Positions 1-8,195 of a stretch of DNA of 64,000 nt are shown here, piece by piece. Position 1 is the first letter of the stretch. The number at the start of each line of letters is the position of its first letter. The stretch is from positions 64,001 through 128,000 of the IMG/VR virus record IMGVR_UViG_3300045747_000527. The stretch is one strand, 5' to 3'. The notes beneath the pieces are model-generated. The model was not told the DNA's origin. It did no database searches and worked only from the letters and a program-made list of their open reading frames with translations. The position numbers were made by a program, and so were the translations under genes. Origin of the DNA: a virus.

Positions 1-310
1 ATGCGGTGGGGAAGAAACCATCGCAGACCCCGATGCCCCCAAGCCAACCTGCTCACAGTGCGGGGAAGCCACCCCACTGAGCATCTTTGACTGCGACATC
101 AGCGTCAAACGAGAAGGAAAAGGAACCAAGTCAGCCATCCAGGTTGCGCGGTTCAAGCAAACCGAACTCTCTGAAGAACTGACCGATATGGCAAAGCCGT
201 TCGACTTCAAGGAGATCTTTGCGCCTGACCCGGTAGAGATTCAGGCCAAGCTCCTGCGAGTACGCGTGCAGCCTGAAGCCCGCGGCGCCCACGCTCGGGA
301 CTACGCGTAG
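1..310 (+). CDS. 3' end of an upstream gene, possibly a phage ssDNA-binding protein (5'-truncated by window)
   Basis: Frame +2 is open from base 2 to TAG at 308-310 (CGGEETIADPDAPKPTCSQCGEATPLSIFDCDISVKREGKGTKSAIQV...PFDFKEIFAPDPVEIQAKLL...DYA*), not in the ORF track. The DIxVKREGKGTKS segment resembles phage SSB OB-fold C-termini and it lies just upstream of the polymerase. SSB identity is tentative. Confidence 0.45.
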   Translation, partial: CGGEETIADPDAPKPTCSQCGEATPLSIFDCDISVKREGKGTKSAIQVARFKQTELSEELTDMAKPFDFKEIFAPDPVEIQAKLLRVRVQPEARGAHARDYA

Positions 311-314
311 TAAC

Positions 315-374
315 AGAACCTGGCCCCTCGAAATGATGAGGCGTCTGTCCACTGTGGACGGGGGCCAGGGTTCT
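315..374 (+). promoter_or_regulatory. Long imperfect inverted repeat (RNA stem-loop) upstream of the polymerase RBS
   Basis: AGAACC-TGGCCCCT (315-328) pairs with GGGGGCCAG-GGTTCT (360-374) with one bulge; inner hairpin GTCCA/TGGAC; SD-like GGAG follows a few nt later. Confidence 0.5.
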
Positions 375-387
375 CTATGGAGAAGAC

Positions 388-1857
388 ATGGCTCAGATAT
401 TCCAACGAAAGCCGCCGACCATCTGGGTAGACAGTGCAGAGCAAATGGTTGAGGTGGTAGACCACGTACGCTCCACCGGAGAGTGCGCGCTAGACACCGA
501 GACTACTGGACTTAACCTGTGGAGTGATCACATAGTTGTTTGGTCCCTGTGCCCAGACATCAACACTAGGTACTGCCTGTCCAGAGAGATGCTGGACATC
601 TACGATATGGAGCTGGCTCCAGATCCTGGCATCACATGGTACCTTACGCGCCTATCGTACGACTTCTGCATGCTCCGCAACTCAGGAGCCAGCCCGCCCG
701 TAGGAAACAGCTTCTGCACGCTAGCTATGGACTGGCTCTACGACGAGAACCGCCAAGGCACGCATGGCCTGAAGGAGACCGCCACCCAGTACTGCGACAT
801 GCCGATGACGGACTTCAAGGAGACATTTGCCAAGAAGAAAGGTGAAACACTGCCTGAAGCATTTGCCCGCACCTTGATAGAAGACTTTGATAAGGCAATT
901 GACTACGCATCAAACGACGCGTGGGCTACCTTCCGAGTCTTCAAGGCTCTCCGTAAAAGGCTCAAAGCTCAGTCCAACAGCCTGGGGCAAAACCTGTGGG
1001 ACTACTTCTGCGAAATAGAGATGCCCTACTCCCGCACTCTGTACAACATGATCCAGCGGGGCATCAGGATAGACAAACCGTACCTAGACTCGCTAGTGCC
1101 CAAGATGGAGAAGGACATCGCACGGTACGAGCGTAAGATCACCAAGATAGCTGGAAAAGAAATCAACCTGCGCAGCGTACAGCAGATGCGCTGGCTACTC
1201 TACGACAAACTCGGACTACCCGTCATCAAGCGCACCAAGGGTGGCAAGACCGGAGCCAAAGAGCCATCTACGGACGAGGACGTGCTCACGAAGTATGCAG
1301 AAGATGGCAATGAAATCTGTACGACTATTATCGAGATGCGAGGAATCTCCAAGGCACTGGGTACCTACGTAAAGGGCTTGCCCAAGCACGCTGACAGGGA
1401 GAACCGCATCCACCCGATGCTCAACCAGCACGTTACAGTCACCGGCCGCCTGTCTTCGACCGAACCCAACCTGCAGAACATACCGAAGTCTGAGGGAGAC
1501 GTGTACAGGCTACGCGAGGCGTTCATCCCACGCGACAGTTACATCTTCCTCGTGTTCGACTACGCCCAGCTGGAGATCAGAATCCTCGCGCACATGGCGC
1601 AAGAACCTAACATGATTGAAGTCATCAACAAAGGTTGGGACGTTCACATGGGTACTGCCAGCCTCATGTTCGGTCACTCGTACGAGGATATCGCAGCCGC
1701 GGTAAAGAAGAAGAAGAGAATATCAGCCGCGCTTGAAAAGCTGAAAGCCAAGAAGCCGCTCAGCATGGAGGAGTCCGAGTTCGCCCAGATGGTCCTGACC
1801 GCAGTCGAAGAGGAAATGCTCTTCGCCAGGACAGCCAGCAAGGCAATCGGCTTCGGT
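388..1857 (+). CDS. polA: DNA polymerase family A, exon 1 (3'-5' exonuclease plus polymerase through the start of motif B)
   Basis: ExoI LDTETTG, ExoIII YASNDAWAT, TGRLSSTEPNLQNIP, motif A FDYAQLEIRILAH, DVH, motif B RTASKAIGFG ending exactly at T1857; SD GGAG upstream. No 5'-3' exonuclease domain. Confidence 0.95.
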
Positions 1858-2505
1858 AGACCGACGTGTTAGGCCGAAGTAAAACCCACTCAAAACGGGG
1901 AAACCTAAGTGCGAGAGCATAAGGCAATCCCGTGCTGCCCTACCGAGGGTAGTGTATCGACTTGGACACCGGAGGGTGTCCTCAACAGGAAGCTTGGACA
2001 ACCAAGCAGCGTAGTCATTCGCGTTTTCCTGTTGATACGGTGGGTGAAGAGTATAGGATTTGGAATGTGGCAGCTAAGCAGCTCAGCGTCAAGTGCATCG
2101 ATTGCGGCAGATCGTTCAGGCGTACCGGGTACAACCACAAACGGTGTAAACGGTGCGCAAGAACGAACCACCTCAAGAAGTGCAAAGAACGCTGGCACAG
2201 AACGTACGAGAAAAAAGGCTATGATCAGTTGGGGCCTAAGAACAACGCGTGGAAAGGCGGCTCATGGAGCTACTACACCCGCATTGCGCGTAAAGCCTAC
2301 GGTGATAAGTGCAACAGGTGTGAGAAAAAAGCCGTGCTCACACACCACAAAGATCTCAATCACCGCAACAACGACCTCAGTAACCTCGAACGTCTGTGTA
2401 AAAGATGCCATCAAGTCTATGCGCACAAGTGCGCCCGAAACCTTCCTCAGTTTCGGAACTCTTCAAAGGGATAGTCAGTACCCAGGGAAACCTGGGATCA
2501 GTACG
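1858..2505 (+). mobile_element. Group I self-splicing intron (IA-like, extra helices between P7 and P3'), 648 nt, in polA motif B
   Basis: P1 GCTTCGGT(1850-1857)/GCCGAAGT(1873-1880) with U.G at the splice site; P3 ACCCACT(1884-1890)/GGTGGGT(2039-2045); P4 ACGGG(1895-1899)/CCCGT(1929-1933); P5 hairpin with GAGA loop; P7 T-(C)-GACT(1957-1962)/AGTCA(2473-2477); P8 GAAGAGT(2046-2052)/ACTCTTC(2458-2464); P9 CCCAGG-GAAA-CCTGGG; P9.0 GTA/TAC; terminal G2505. Removal restores KAIGFG-LLYGEG in frame. Confidence 0.95.
2067..2474 (+). CDS. Intron-encoded HNH homing endonuclease (in P8 loop)
   Basis: N-terminal CxxC...CxxC, NNAWKGG motif, C-terminal CNRC...THHKDLNHRNNDLSNLERLCKRCH HNH core. Probable GTG start at 2067 with AGGA upstream (ORF-track start 1962 lies inside the ribozyme core); TAG overlaps the P7 3' strand. 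Confidence 0.88.
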   Translation: MAAKQLSVKCIDCGRSFRRTGYNHKRCKRCARTNHLKKCKERWHRTYEKKGYDQLGPKNNAWKGGSWSYYTRIARKAYGDKCNRCEKKAVLTHHKDLNHRNNDLSNLERLCKRCHQVYAHKCARNLPQFRNSSKG

Positions 2506-3060
2506 CTACTATATGGTGAGGGCGTCAAGAAGTTGGCTCACACGCTGGGCGTGACAGTAGAACGTGCCCGAGAATTGGTACAAATGTTCTTCGAGCCGTA
2601 CCCCCACATCAGAAACTACATAGACCTGTGCCACCGCAAGGCCCACGTAGACCACTACATCGAGACCCTGATGGGCCGTCCTCGACGGTTCCCCGCCATG
2701 GATGCTATCGGAGGCCTGTCTTGGCACCAGCTAAGCAAGATGAAGAACGGGGGAGAAATAAAGGGTCAGATCGCTCGCATGGAACGGCAATCGGTGAACT
2801 CCTCTATTCAAGGAGGCGCCGCAGACATCGTACGTAGAGCGCAAAACCTGTGTGAGTACGACCCACACCTCATTGAGATGGACGTACGCATGCTCCTGCA
2901 GGTACACGACGAATTGATCTTTGAGATCCCAGAAGAAAACGCAGAAGAGGCAATGCCCATCATCAAATACCACATGGAGCACCCTCTACCCTTCGAGCTA
3001 TCCGTTCCGCTGATCGTTGACGGCGGGTTGGGACACTCGTGGGCGAAGGCAAAAGGCTGA
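2506..3060 (+). CDS. polA: DNA polymerase family A, exon 2 (spliced product about 674 aa)
   Basis: LLYGEGVKKLAHTLG completes motif B; TLMGRPRRFP, ERQSVNSSIQGGAADI, motif C LLQVHDELIFE, VPLIVDGGLGHSWAKAK. Confidence 0.95.
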   Translation, partial: LLYGEGVKKLAHTLGVTVERARELVQMFFEPYPHIRNYIDLCHRKAHVDHYIETLMGRPRRFPAMDAIGGLSWHQLSKMKNGGEIKGQIARMERQSVNSSIQGGAADIVRRAQNLCEYDPHLIEMDVRMLLQVHDELIFEIPEENAEEAMPIIKYHMEHPLPFELSVPLIVDGGLGHSWAKAKG

Positions 3061-3064
3061 TCAA

Positions 3065-3304
3065 ATGGCGCGAGAAACAAGCAAGGTCACCTTTCTGGGA
3101 CTAGGTCCAGGAGACCTACAAGAGATCGTACTGGATGTCATGTACGTGGCGGGAGGATTCGCTAGAGGTCCTGATGGCCTCTGCGCATTTTGCCACGGAG
3201 ATCCGTGTGATGAAGACTCACCAAAAGACAGCCTAATCGCTAAGTACTTCGCCACAGCGCACAGCCCCTCAAGCTGTCCTGTGTGTGAAGGTATGGCGAG
3301 CTAA
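3065..3304 (+). CDS. Hypothetical Cys-rich small protein
   Basis: ATG at 3065 directly after the polA stop; CAFCHGDPC and CPVC motifs suggest Zn binding. Confidence 0.6.
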   Translation: MARETSKVTFLGLGPGDLQEIVLDVMYVAGGFARGPDGLCAFCHGDPCDEDSPKDSLIAKYFATAHSPSSCPVCEGMAS

Positions 3305-3316
3305 CAAGGAGAGCCG

Positions 3317-3754
3317 ATGGAACTGCTGGACATCGTTTGCGAGGTCTCGAAGCGCACGCGGTACACCCGCAGAGAAGTACGTAAGCTACTTCGTGTAGCA
3401 GCCACGATCATCAAAGAGGAGCTGGGCCAAGGCAGGAACGTATCATGGCGCGGATTAGGGCAGTTCGAGAATGCCTACCGTGGTTACCGTACTGGGAGAG
3501 ACCCCAAGACCAAAGGTAAAACAACCATGTACGTTCCTCCTGGCCGGCGACTGAAGTTCGTACCAAGTGATGAGCTGATAGAGCTGGTCAAAAAGTCAAC
3601 CAAGTACTTCGCAGAGACAGACCCCAAAGCACGTTACCTACCTAAGGAGATCGCTAATGTCGATGGACAAATACGCAGTGGAACTGGACCAAGAGAAACT
3701 GGCCAAGATAGAGAAAGAGAAGATAGCGGCTGGCAAGACGCCCTCTTCGACTGA
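3317..3754 (+). CDS. hup: HU/IHF-family DNA-binding protein with C-terminal extension
   Basis: HU pattern: REVRKLLRVAATIIKEELGQGRNVSWRGLGQF, RTGRDPKT, VPPGRRLKFVPSDEL; SD AGGAG. Confidence 0.85.
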   Translation: MELLDIVCEVSKRTRYTRREVRKLLRVAATIIKEELGQGRNVSWRGLGQFENAYRGYRTGRDPKTKGKTTMYVPPGRRLKFVPSDELIELVKKSTKYFAETDPKARYLPKEIANVDGQIRSGTGPRETGQDREREDSGWQDALFD

Positions 3755-3833
3755 CCACCCCAACAGCAACATTCCCCTCGATCCCAAACTCGGAAGTCTC
3801 CCATTCGAGAAGGAGCCGCCCAATGGACGGTAA
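3657..3833 (+). CDS. Small hypothetical protein (58 aa) overlapping the HU 3' end
   Basis: Read by hand, below the ORF-track cutoff: AAGGAG 7 nt before ATG 3657; MSMDKYAVELDQEKLAKIEKEKIAAGK...NIPLDPKLGSLPFEKEPPNGR*; its stop overlaps the next ORF start. Confidence 0.6.
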   Translation: MSMDKYAVELDQEKLAKIEKEKIAAGKTPSSTDHPNSNIPLDPKLGSLPFEKEPPNGR

Positions 3834-4089
3834 GCTATTCGTAGTGCTATTCAACCTCCAAGAGGAGGACCTGCCCATGGAGGTAGACGACTTGAGCACG
3901 AAGACCATGCCCACTACGGTCATGGCTTCGTCAGCACGGAACGCCGCCCACCAAGCCATAGAGTACCGCGTGGACAGAGGCCAGATTACAGACGAGGACA
4001 CCCTCCAGATAGTCGTTCTTGGTGTCTCAGGCAGAACCGTCAACAAATTCGATGCTCGCAAGGAAGGGTACAACCTGCATGAAGCCTAA
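3823..4089 (+). CDS. Hypothetical protein
   Basis: 88 aa ORF with AAGGAG SD, overlapping its neighbours in the operon. Confidence 0.65.
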   Translation: MDGKLFVVLFNLQEEDLPMEVDDLSTKTMPTTVMASSARNAAHQAIEYRVDRGQITDEDTLQIVVLGVSGRTVNKFDARKEGYNLHEA

Positions 4090-5380
4090 AGCAACTGAAG
4101 AGCCCCGCAAGAAGATCGACCTGTCCAAGATTCCGCGGGACAACCCCGATGACATCTTGGAGGTCATTCAGAGCCTGGCCGGAGAAGGCGTGGTTGTTCA
4201 ACGCGGGCAAGACCTTGAGGGCCGCATGGACCTGCGCCGCTCCTCTGGGTTGGTCACCCTGGACATCGCTTGCAACGGAGGACTGCCAGCAGGAGGTCTC
4301 TGTCAGATCGATGGGAGCGACGGTATTGGCAAGAACCTACTCCTGTACCACTACTTCGCCCGGTGCCAAAAGACGTACGGGGACGACTGCAACATCATGA
4401 TGGTGTGCTTCGAGTCCGTGTACGACAAGGTGTTCGGGCGCAAGATGGGGGTGAAGGTGGCGCTGTCGGACTACGAGATTGACGTGGAGGACAGGAAGCG
4501 CAAAGACAAGAACCTGCCCCCACTTACGAAGAAAGAGAAGGACGTACTGGCCACCGACCAAGTCGGGAAGTTCCACATCGTCCGTGGCTCCATCGCAGAG
4601 CGCATGCTCCAGGTTGTGGCAGACGCCACTGCGACGAACTCCTATCAGATCATGGGCATCGACTCATGGGACGCTATGCTTCCGCAAGCAGGTAACACCA
4701 AGGACCTGGAGGACAATGCGAAGGTGGCCGATGCCTCGGGCGTTCAGACCCGCTGGATGTCCAAGGTCTTCGGGGCACTCACTCCCCAAAAGATCTGCCC
4801 GAGCTGCCTCAACAGACCCTTGGAATTCAAGACCACGGGACCGGCCAAATACGTCTACCTCTGCCGGCATGATGGTTGTGGGTGGAAAGGACAACGCCCG
4901 TACATGTGGGAGAACGAGACCACACTCATCGGCATCCGTCAGGTACGCGCGAACCTAAATAAGATGGGCATGCACGCCCGAGACACCAAGGTGGGTGGCT
5001 CTCACGCTCTTCGCCACGGCAAGATGATAGACATCGAGCTCCGCAAGGGTGAGAGCATCCTTGAGGGAAAAGCAAAGATAGGCAAAGAGGTCAACTGGGA
5101 GATCACAAAGGGGAAGGCAGGAACACACGAAGGACTGAAGGGCATGTTCAGATACTTCTACAGTCCCCCGCGGATTGACGTCGCCAGTGACCTGCTCTCC
5201 TACGCGCTACCCAACGGCATCATCGAACACACCGGAAAGACTTACTCCTTCCAGGGCACAGTCCTTGGTACCAAGCAGGAACAATTACTGCCTGCCGTAA
5301 CTGCCGACGGCAAGCTCAAGGCAGCCCTGCGCAAAGCCATCCTGGTGCACGCCGAGCTAGGGTACGTGAGGTATCGGTGA
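4079..5380 (+). CDS. recA: RecA/UvsX-like recombinase
   Basis: SSGLVTLDIACNGGLPAGGLCQIDGSDGIGKN (P-loop), Walker B IMGIDS, IGIRQVR, VGGSHALRHGKMIDIELRK, ITKGKAG. ATG 4079 with GGAAGG upstream. Confidence 0.9.
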   Translation: MKPKATEEPRKKIDLSKIPRDNPDDILEVIQSLAGEGVVVQRGQDLEGRMDLRRSSGLVTLDIACNGGLPAGGLCQIDGSDGIGKNLLLYHYFARCQKTYGDDCNIMMVCFESVYDKVFGRKMGVKVALSDYEIDVEDRKRKDKNLPPLTKKEKDVLATDQVGKFHIVRGSIAERMLQVVADATATNSYQIMGIDSWDAMLPQAGNTKDLEDNAKVADASGVQTRWMSKVFGALTPQKICPSCLNRPLEFKTTGPAKYVYLCRHDGCGWKGQRPYMWENETTLIGIRQVRANLNKMGMHARDTKVGGSHALRHGKMIDIELRKGESILEGKAKIGKEVNWEITKGKAGTHEGLKGMFRYFYSPPRIDVASDLLSYALPNGIIEHTGKTYSFQGTVLGTKQEQLLPAVTADGKLKAALRKAILVHAELGYVRYR

Positions 5381-5718
5381 GGGTACTCGCCTGTGGAGGC
5401 CGTGACTTCCTCAACTACGACACCATCGTGCGCGGACTGTCTTGGCTAGGCCCGAGCACCATACTCGCGCACGGTGGTGCCTCAGGCGCAGACACACTAG
5501 CAGGTCGCTTCGGCAAATCCCGTGGCTGGGAAGTAGTCGTCTTCCCTGCGGACTGGACGAAGTACGGCAACGCTGCTGGTCCGATCAGAAACCAACAGAT
5601 GCTAGAGGTGTTCCTGCCTGAACTTGTGATCGCCTTCCCCGGCGGCAGAGGTACCAATCACATGGTGGGCATTGCACAAGAAGTGGGGGTTCTTACAGAA
5701 AGGATCGTACTCCTATGA
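5377..5718 (+). CDS. SLOG superfamily, YspA/DUF2493-like protein
   Basis: RVLACGGRDF, HGGASGADTLA, FPADWTKYGNAAGPIRNQQML, IAFPGGRGTNHM. Confidence 0.88.
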   Translation: MRVLACGGRDFLNYDTIVRGLSWLGPSTILAHGGASGADTLAGRFGKSRGWEVVVFPADWTKYGNAAGPIRNQQMLEVFLPELVIAFPGGRGTNHMVGIAQEVGVLTERIVLL

Positions 5719-6242
5719 AGGTCGAGCTAGTCATCCGATACGTCGGAAAAGGGCTGAACTGCAATAGCTGTGGCAGACGCAGAGAATCCACGCTGTACCA
5801 GCTGAGAAATACACGAACAGAAGAGTTGCTGGAGGAGTTCCAACTCTGCGACCAATGCCAGGACAGAGGCTTCTCCATCGGTTTCAACACCAGCTTCAAA
5901 GACCCGAAGGACTACCTGGCCGCCCGCCGCAACAAACTGTCCGCCGTGATGGAGCACCAGCTTGCCCGCGACGTGCGAGGAAAGAGACAGCCAGGCTCAG
6001 GTAACCAGGACGAAAAAGCAGACGTTCGGGTGATGGGAGACTGGCGGATAGAACACAAATTCACAGAGAACATAAAGGGCTATCACCTGGCCGTGGAAGA
6101 CCTGTCCACCATCATCCGACACGCAAACATGGCGAACGAGTGGCCCGCACTCGTCGTCGCATTCTCAAAACTCAACAGGAAGTTCGCCGTACTGCCGTAC
6201 GAAGTCTTCCTAGAACTCGTGGAGAAAATCCGTGGCAAGTAA
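5715..6242 (+). CDS. PD-(D/E)XK Holliday junction resolvase (Hjc-like) with N-terminal Zn finger
   Basis: EHQLARDVRGKRQPGSG...KADVRV...IEHKFT; N-terminal CNSC...CDQC. Confidence 0.75.
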   Translation: MKVELVIRYVGKGLNCNSCGRRRESTLYQLRNTRTEELLEEFQLCDQCQDRGFSIGFNTSFKDPKDYLAARRNKLSAVMEHQLARDVRGKRQPGSGNQDEKADVRVMGDWRIEHKFTENIKGYHLAVEDLSTIIRHANMANEWPALVVAFSKLNRKFAVLPYEVFLELVEKIRGK

Positions 6243-7113
6243 ACTGATCAAACTGCTGACACTAGCCGACCTGTCCAAGCCCGACTGCCAAAAGGCAATG
6301 GGCGAAGTCACCATCATCCCCAGAATAGAAGCCCTGCTTGAGGACATGAACACCGAGTCCATCTCCATGCGGGGTGAACTAGAAATCGGAGACAAGGTCC
6401 GACGTACCCAGGTATTCAGCGCCTCTGAGGTTGGACTGAAGAATGGGAAAAGCCTATGTGGCAAGTACACCATGGGCTGCGGCCGGTACCTCTACTACTC
6501 GTACACAGGAGCCCCTGGGGTACGGCAGTGGGAGCCAAAACTCCGCAGGATTCTGGATACCGGCTCCGCTATCCACGTGCAACTGCAGCTCTACATCCTT
6601 GAGTGCGCAAAGCGCGAGGGGTTCAAGGCAGAAATAGAAACAGACGGCAACCCAGACCAGAACCAATGGGGCATCTCAGCCCACATGGACGGCATGGCTA
6701 CGATCACAACCCCCGAAGTAAAGGTGCGCTTCGGAATCGAGATCAAGACCATCGGAGATGACGGATTCAAGGTCACCTCTCACGTCCACGACAACCACGC
6801 TACGCAGTGTACGATCTACCAGAAGCTGTTCGACCTGCCAACAATGCTGGTGCTCTACTACAACAAGAACAACTCCTTGATGGCTGAGTTCGCCAAGACG
6901 TTCGACGCCGACAGGTGGGACGCTATCGAGAAGAAGCTGGACATGGTGAGGGAGCACAGCCTACAAGGCGAGCCCCCTCCGCACGAAGTATCGTACGAGT
7001 GCAACTCGTGCAAATACAAGGCAGTCTGCCAACCTCCGAGAAAGACAAGCGCAGCGGACACACGTAAACTGTTCACCTCAAAGCCGAAGACGGTGACCGG
7101 GAAGGGGAAGTAG
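6232..7113 (+). CDS. Cas4-like PD-(D/E)XK exonuclease
   Basis: FSASEVG, CGR, GSAIHVQLQ, HMDG, IEIKT, QCTIYQ, C-terminal CNSCKYKAVC cluster. No CRISPR context. Confidence 0.8.
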   Translation: MASKLIKLLTLADLSKPDCQKAMGEVTIIPRIEALLEDMNTESISMRGELEIGDKVRRTQVFSASEVGLKNGKSLCGKYTMGCGRYLYYSYTGAPGVRQWEPKLRRILDTGSAIHVQLQLYILECAKREGFKAEIETDGNPDQNQWGISAHMDGMATITTPEVKVRFGIEIKTIGDDGFKVTSHVHDNHATQCTIYQKLFDLPTMLVLYYNKNNSLMAEFAKTFDADRWDAIEKKLDMVREHSLQGEPPPHEVSYECNSCKYKAVCQPPRKTSAADTRKLFTSKPKTVTGKGK

Positions 7114-7731
7114 ATGCCAACACTTGAGGTCACATACGAAGACGGGATGCGAGAGTATGAACAAGCCGTAGCCCAGGGAGATGCAGAGCTGGAGAGCCTC
7201 GGCTTTCCGTCCGCACAACGTCCTCGGAAAACAGATGGGGACCTGGCCGACCGGCCCAACATCCCCTCCAACCTCAGTGTCCTCAGCATGTCCGAACTCA
7301 CGGACATGCTCGGGTACGCCACAGAATGGTACCGCTACGCCATGGAGACATTACCTACCGTGGCCAGCGAAAAGAACGCTGCTGAATCCGCACGAGACTT
7401 TGCCTGGGCTAAGATCAGAAAAGCCAAGGAAGGACGAGTAGCGGATAAAGACAACGAAACACGCTGCGATATACGGTACATCAACGCCGCCGTTCGCTTC
7501 GAAACCTGCGACTACAAATACCGCAGGATCAAAGCGATTTGCGACGGCCTCCTGCGAGAAGTCGAAACCATATCAAGAGCTATGGGCGGCAAAGAGCTGG
7601 AGAACAAGATGGAGGGCGTGGGGCTGTCCAACCAGCGACGCGCCTATCGTAGCGGAGAAGCTGGAGCCGGCAGAACTCCCGCGGGTACTGCCCAGTTCTT
7701 CAAGAGGCAACGGCCCCAGCAGGAGGAGTGA
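7114..7731 (+). CDS. Helical hypothetical protein, possibly a UvsY-like recombination mediator
   Basis: Helical pattern ending in DIRY...YKY...LREVETISRA, located in a RecA/nuclease cluster; the function is a weak inference. Confidence 0.4.
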   Translation: MPTLEVTYEDGMREYEQAVAQGDAELESLGFPSAQRPRKTDGDLADRPNIPSNLSVLSMSELTDMLGYATEWYRYAMETLPTVASEKNAAESARDFAWAKIRKAKEGRVADKDNETRCDIRYINAAVRFETCDYKYRRIKAICDGLLREVETISRAMGGKELENKMEGVGLSNQRRAYRSGEAGAGRTPAGTAQFFKRQRPQQEE

Positions 7732-8195
7732 TGCTGCACGTGTGGTTACCCTTCCTGCCGCCCTCCTCGAACAACATCTACATCCGGCACCCACAGGGTA
7801 AGGGCCGAATCCTCTCCCACGAGGCCAGGACCTTTAAGATCAGGGCAATGAGGGAGATGCAGGACAGTGGCATCGCCTTTGTCAAAACAGAGCAGAACGT
7901 CCCGTACCGCCTCCACCTAGCAGTCTTCTTCCCGCAGGTGGAGGTGGTGAAAAGTTCTGTAGGAGCCAGGTATAAGAAGATCGATCTCTCCAATATGGTC
8001 AAGCTGGTTGAAGATACAGTCGCAGAAGCTACCGGGCTAGATGACTGCCACAACTTCCAGCTGTTCCTGGAGAAACACTGCGATGAGAAACACCCTGGCA
8101 TGTACGTGGGGTTGAAGAGGATACACGAACACAACGTGGGGCTAACACGGGAGGCATACGATGAGCGAGAAGTACGCAGATCTAAACGAAACTGA
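7728..8195 (+). CDS. rusA: RusA-like Holliday junction resolvase
   Basis: LPPSSNNIY and DLSNMVKLVEDTVAEATGLDD match the RusA catalytic D-x-x-N-x-x-K...D...DD pattern. Confidence 0.8.
   Translation: MMLHVWLPFLPPSSNNIYIRHPQGKGRILSHEARTFKIRAMREMQDSGIAFVKTEQNVPYRLHLAVFFPQVEVVKSSVGARYKKIDLSNMVKLVEDTVAEATGLDDCHNFQLFLEKHCDEKHPGMYVGLKRIHEHNVGLTREAYDEREVRRSKRN

Noticed and set aside
328-345. CGAAA and TGATGAG resembling a hammerhead ribozyme core
   Set aside because: The two elements are adjacent, leaving no room for stems III and I or the UH cleavage site.
131-352. Minus-strand 73-aa ORF in the track
   Set aside because: It overlaps a longer + strand frame (to TAG 310) that fits the operon direction; probably a shadow ORF.
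1909-3060. 383-aa ORF as an independent gene, or an intein in polA
   Set aside because: Its first 199 codons are intron sequence. Exon 1 is followed by an in-frame stop and there are no intein Cys/His-Asn termini, so the insert is an RNA intron.
6232-7113. Cas4-like gene as part of a CRISPR-Cas system
   Set aside because: No other cas genes or repeat-spacer array in the window; solo Cas4-like nucleases are common in phage replication modules.
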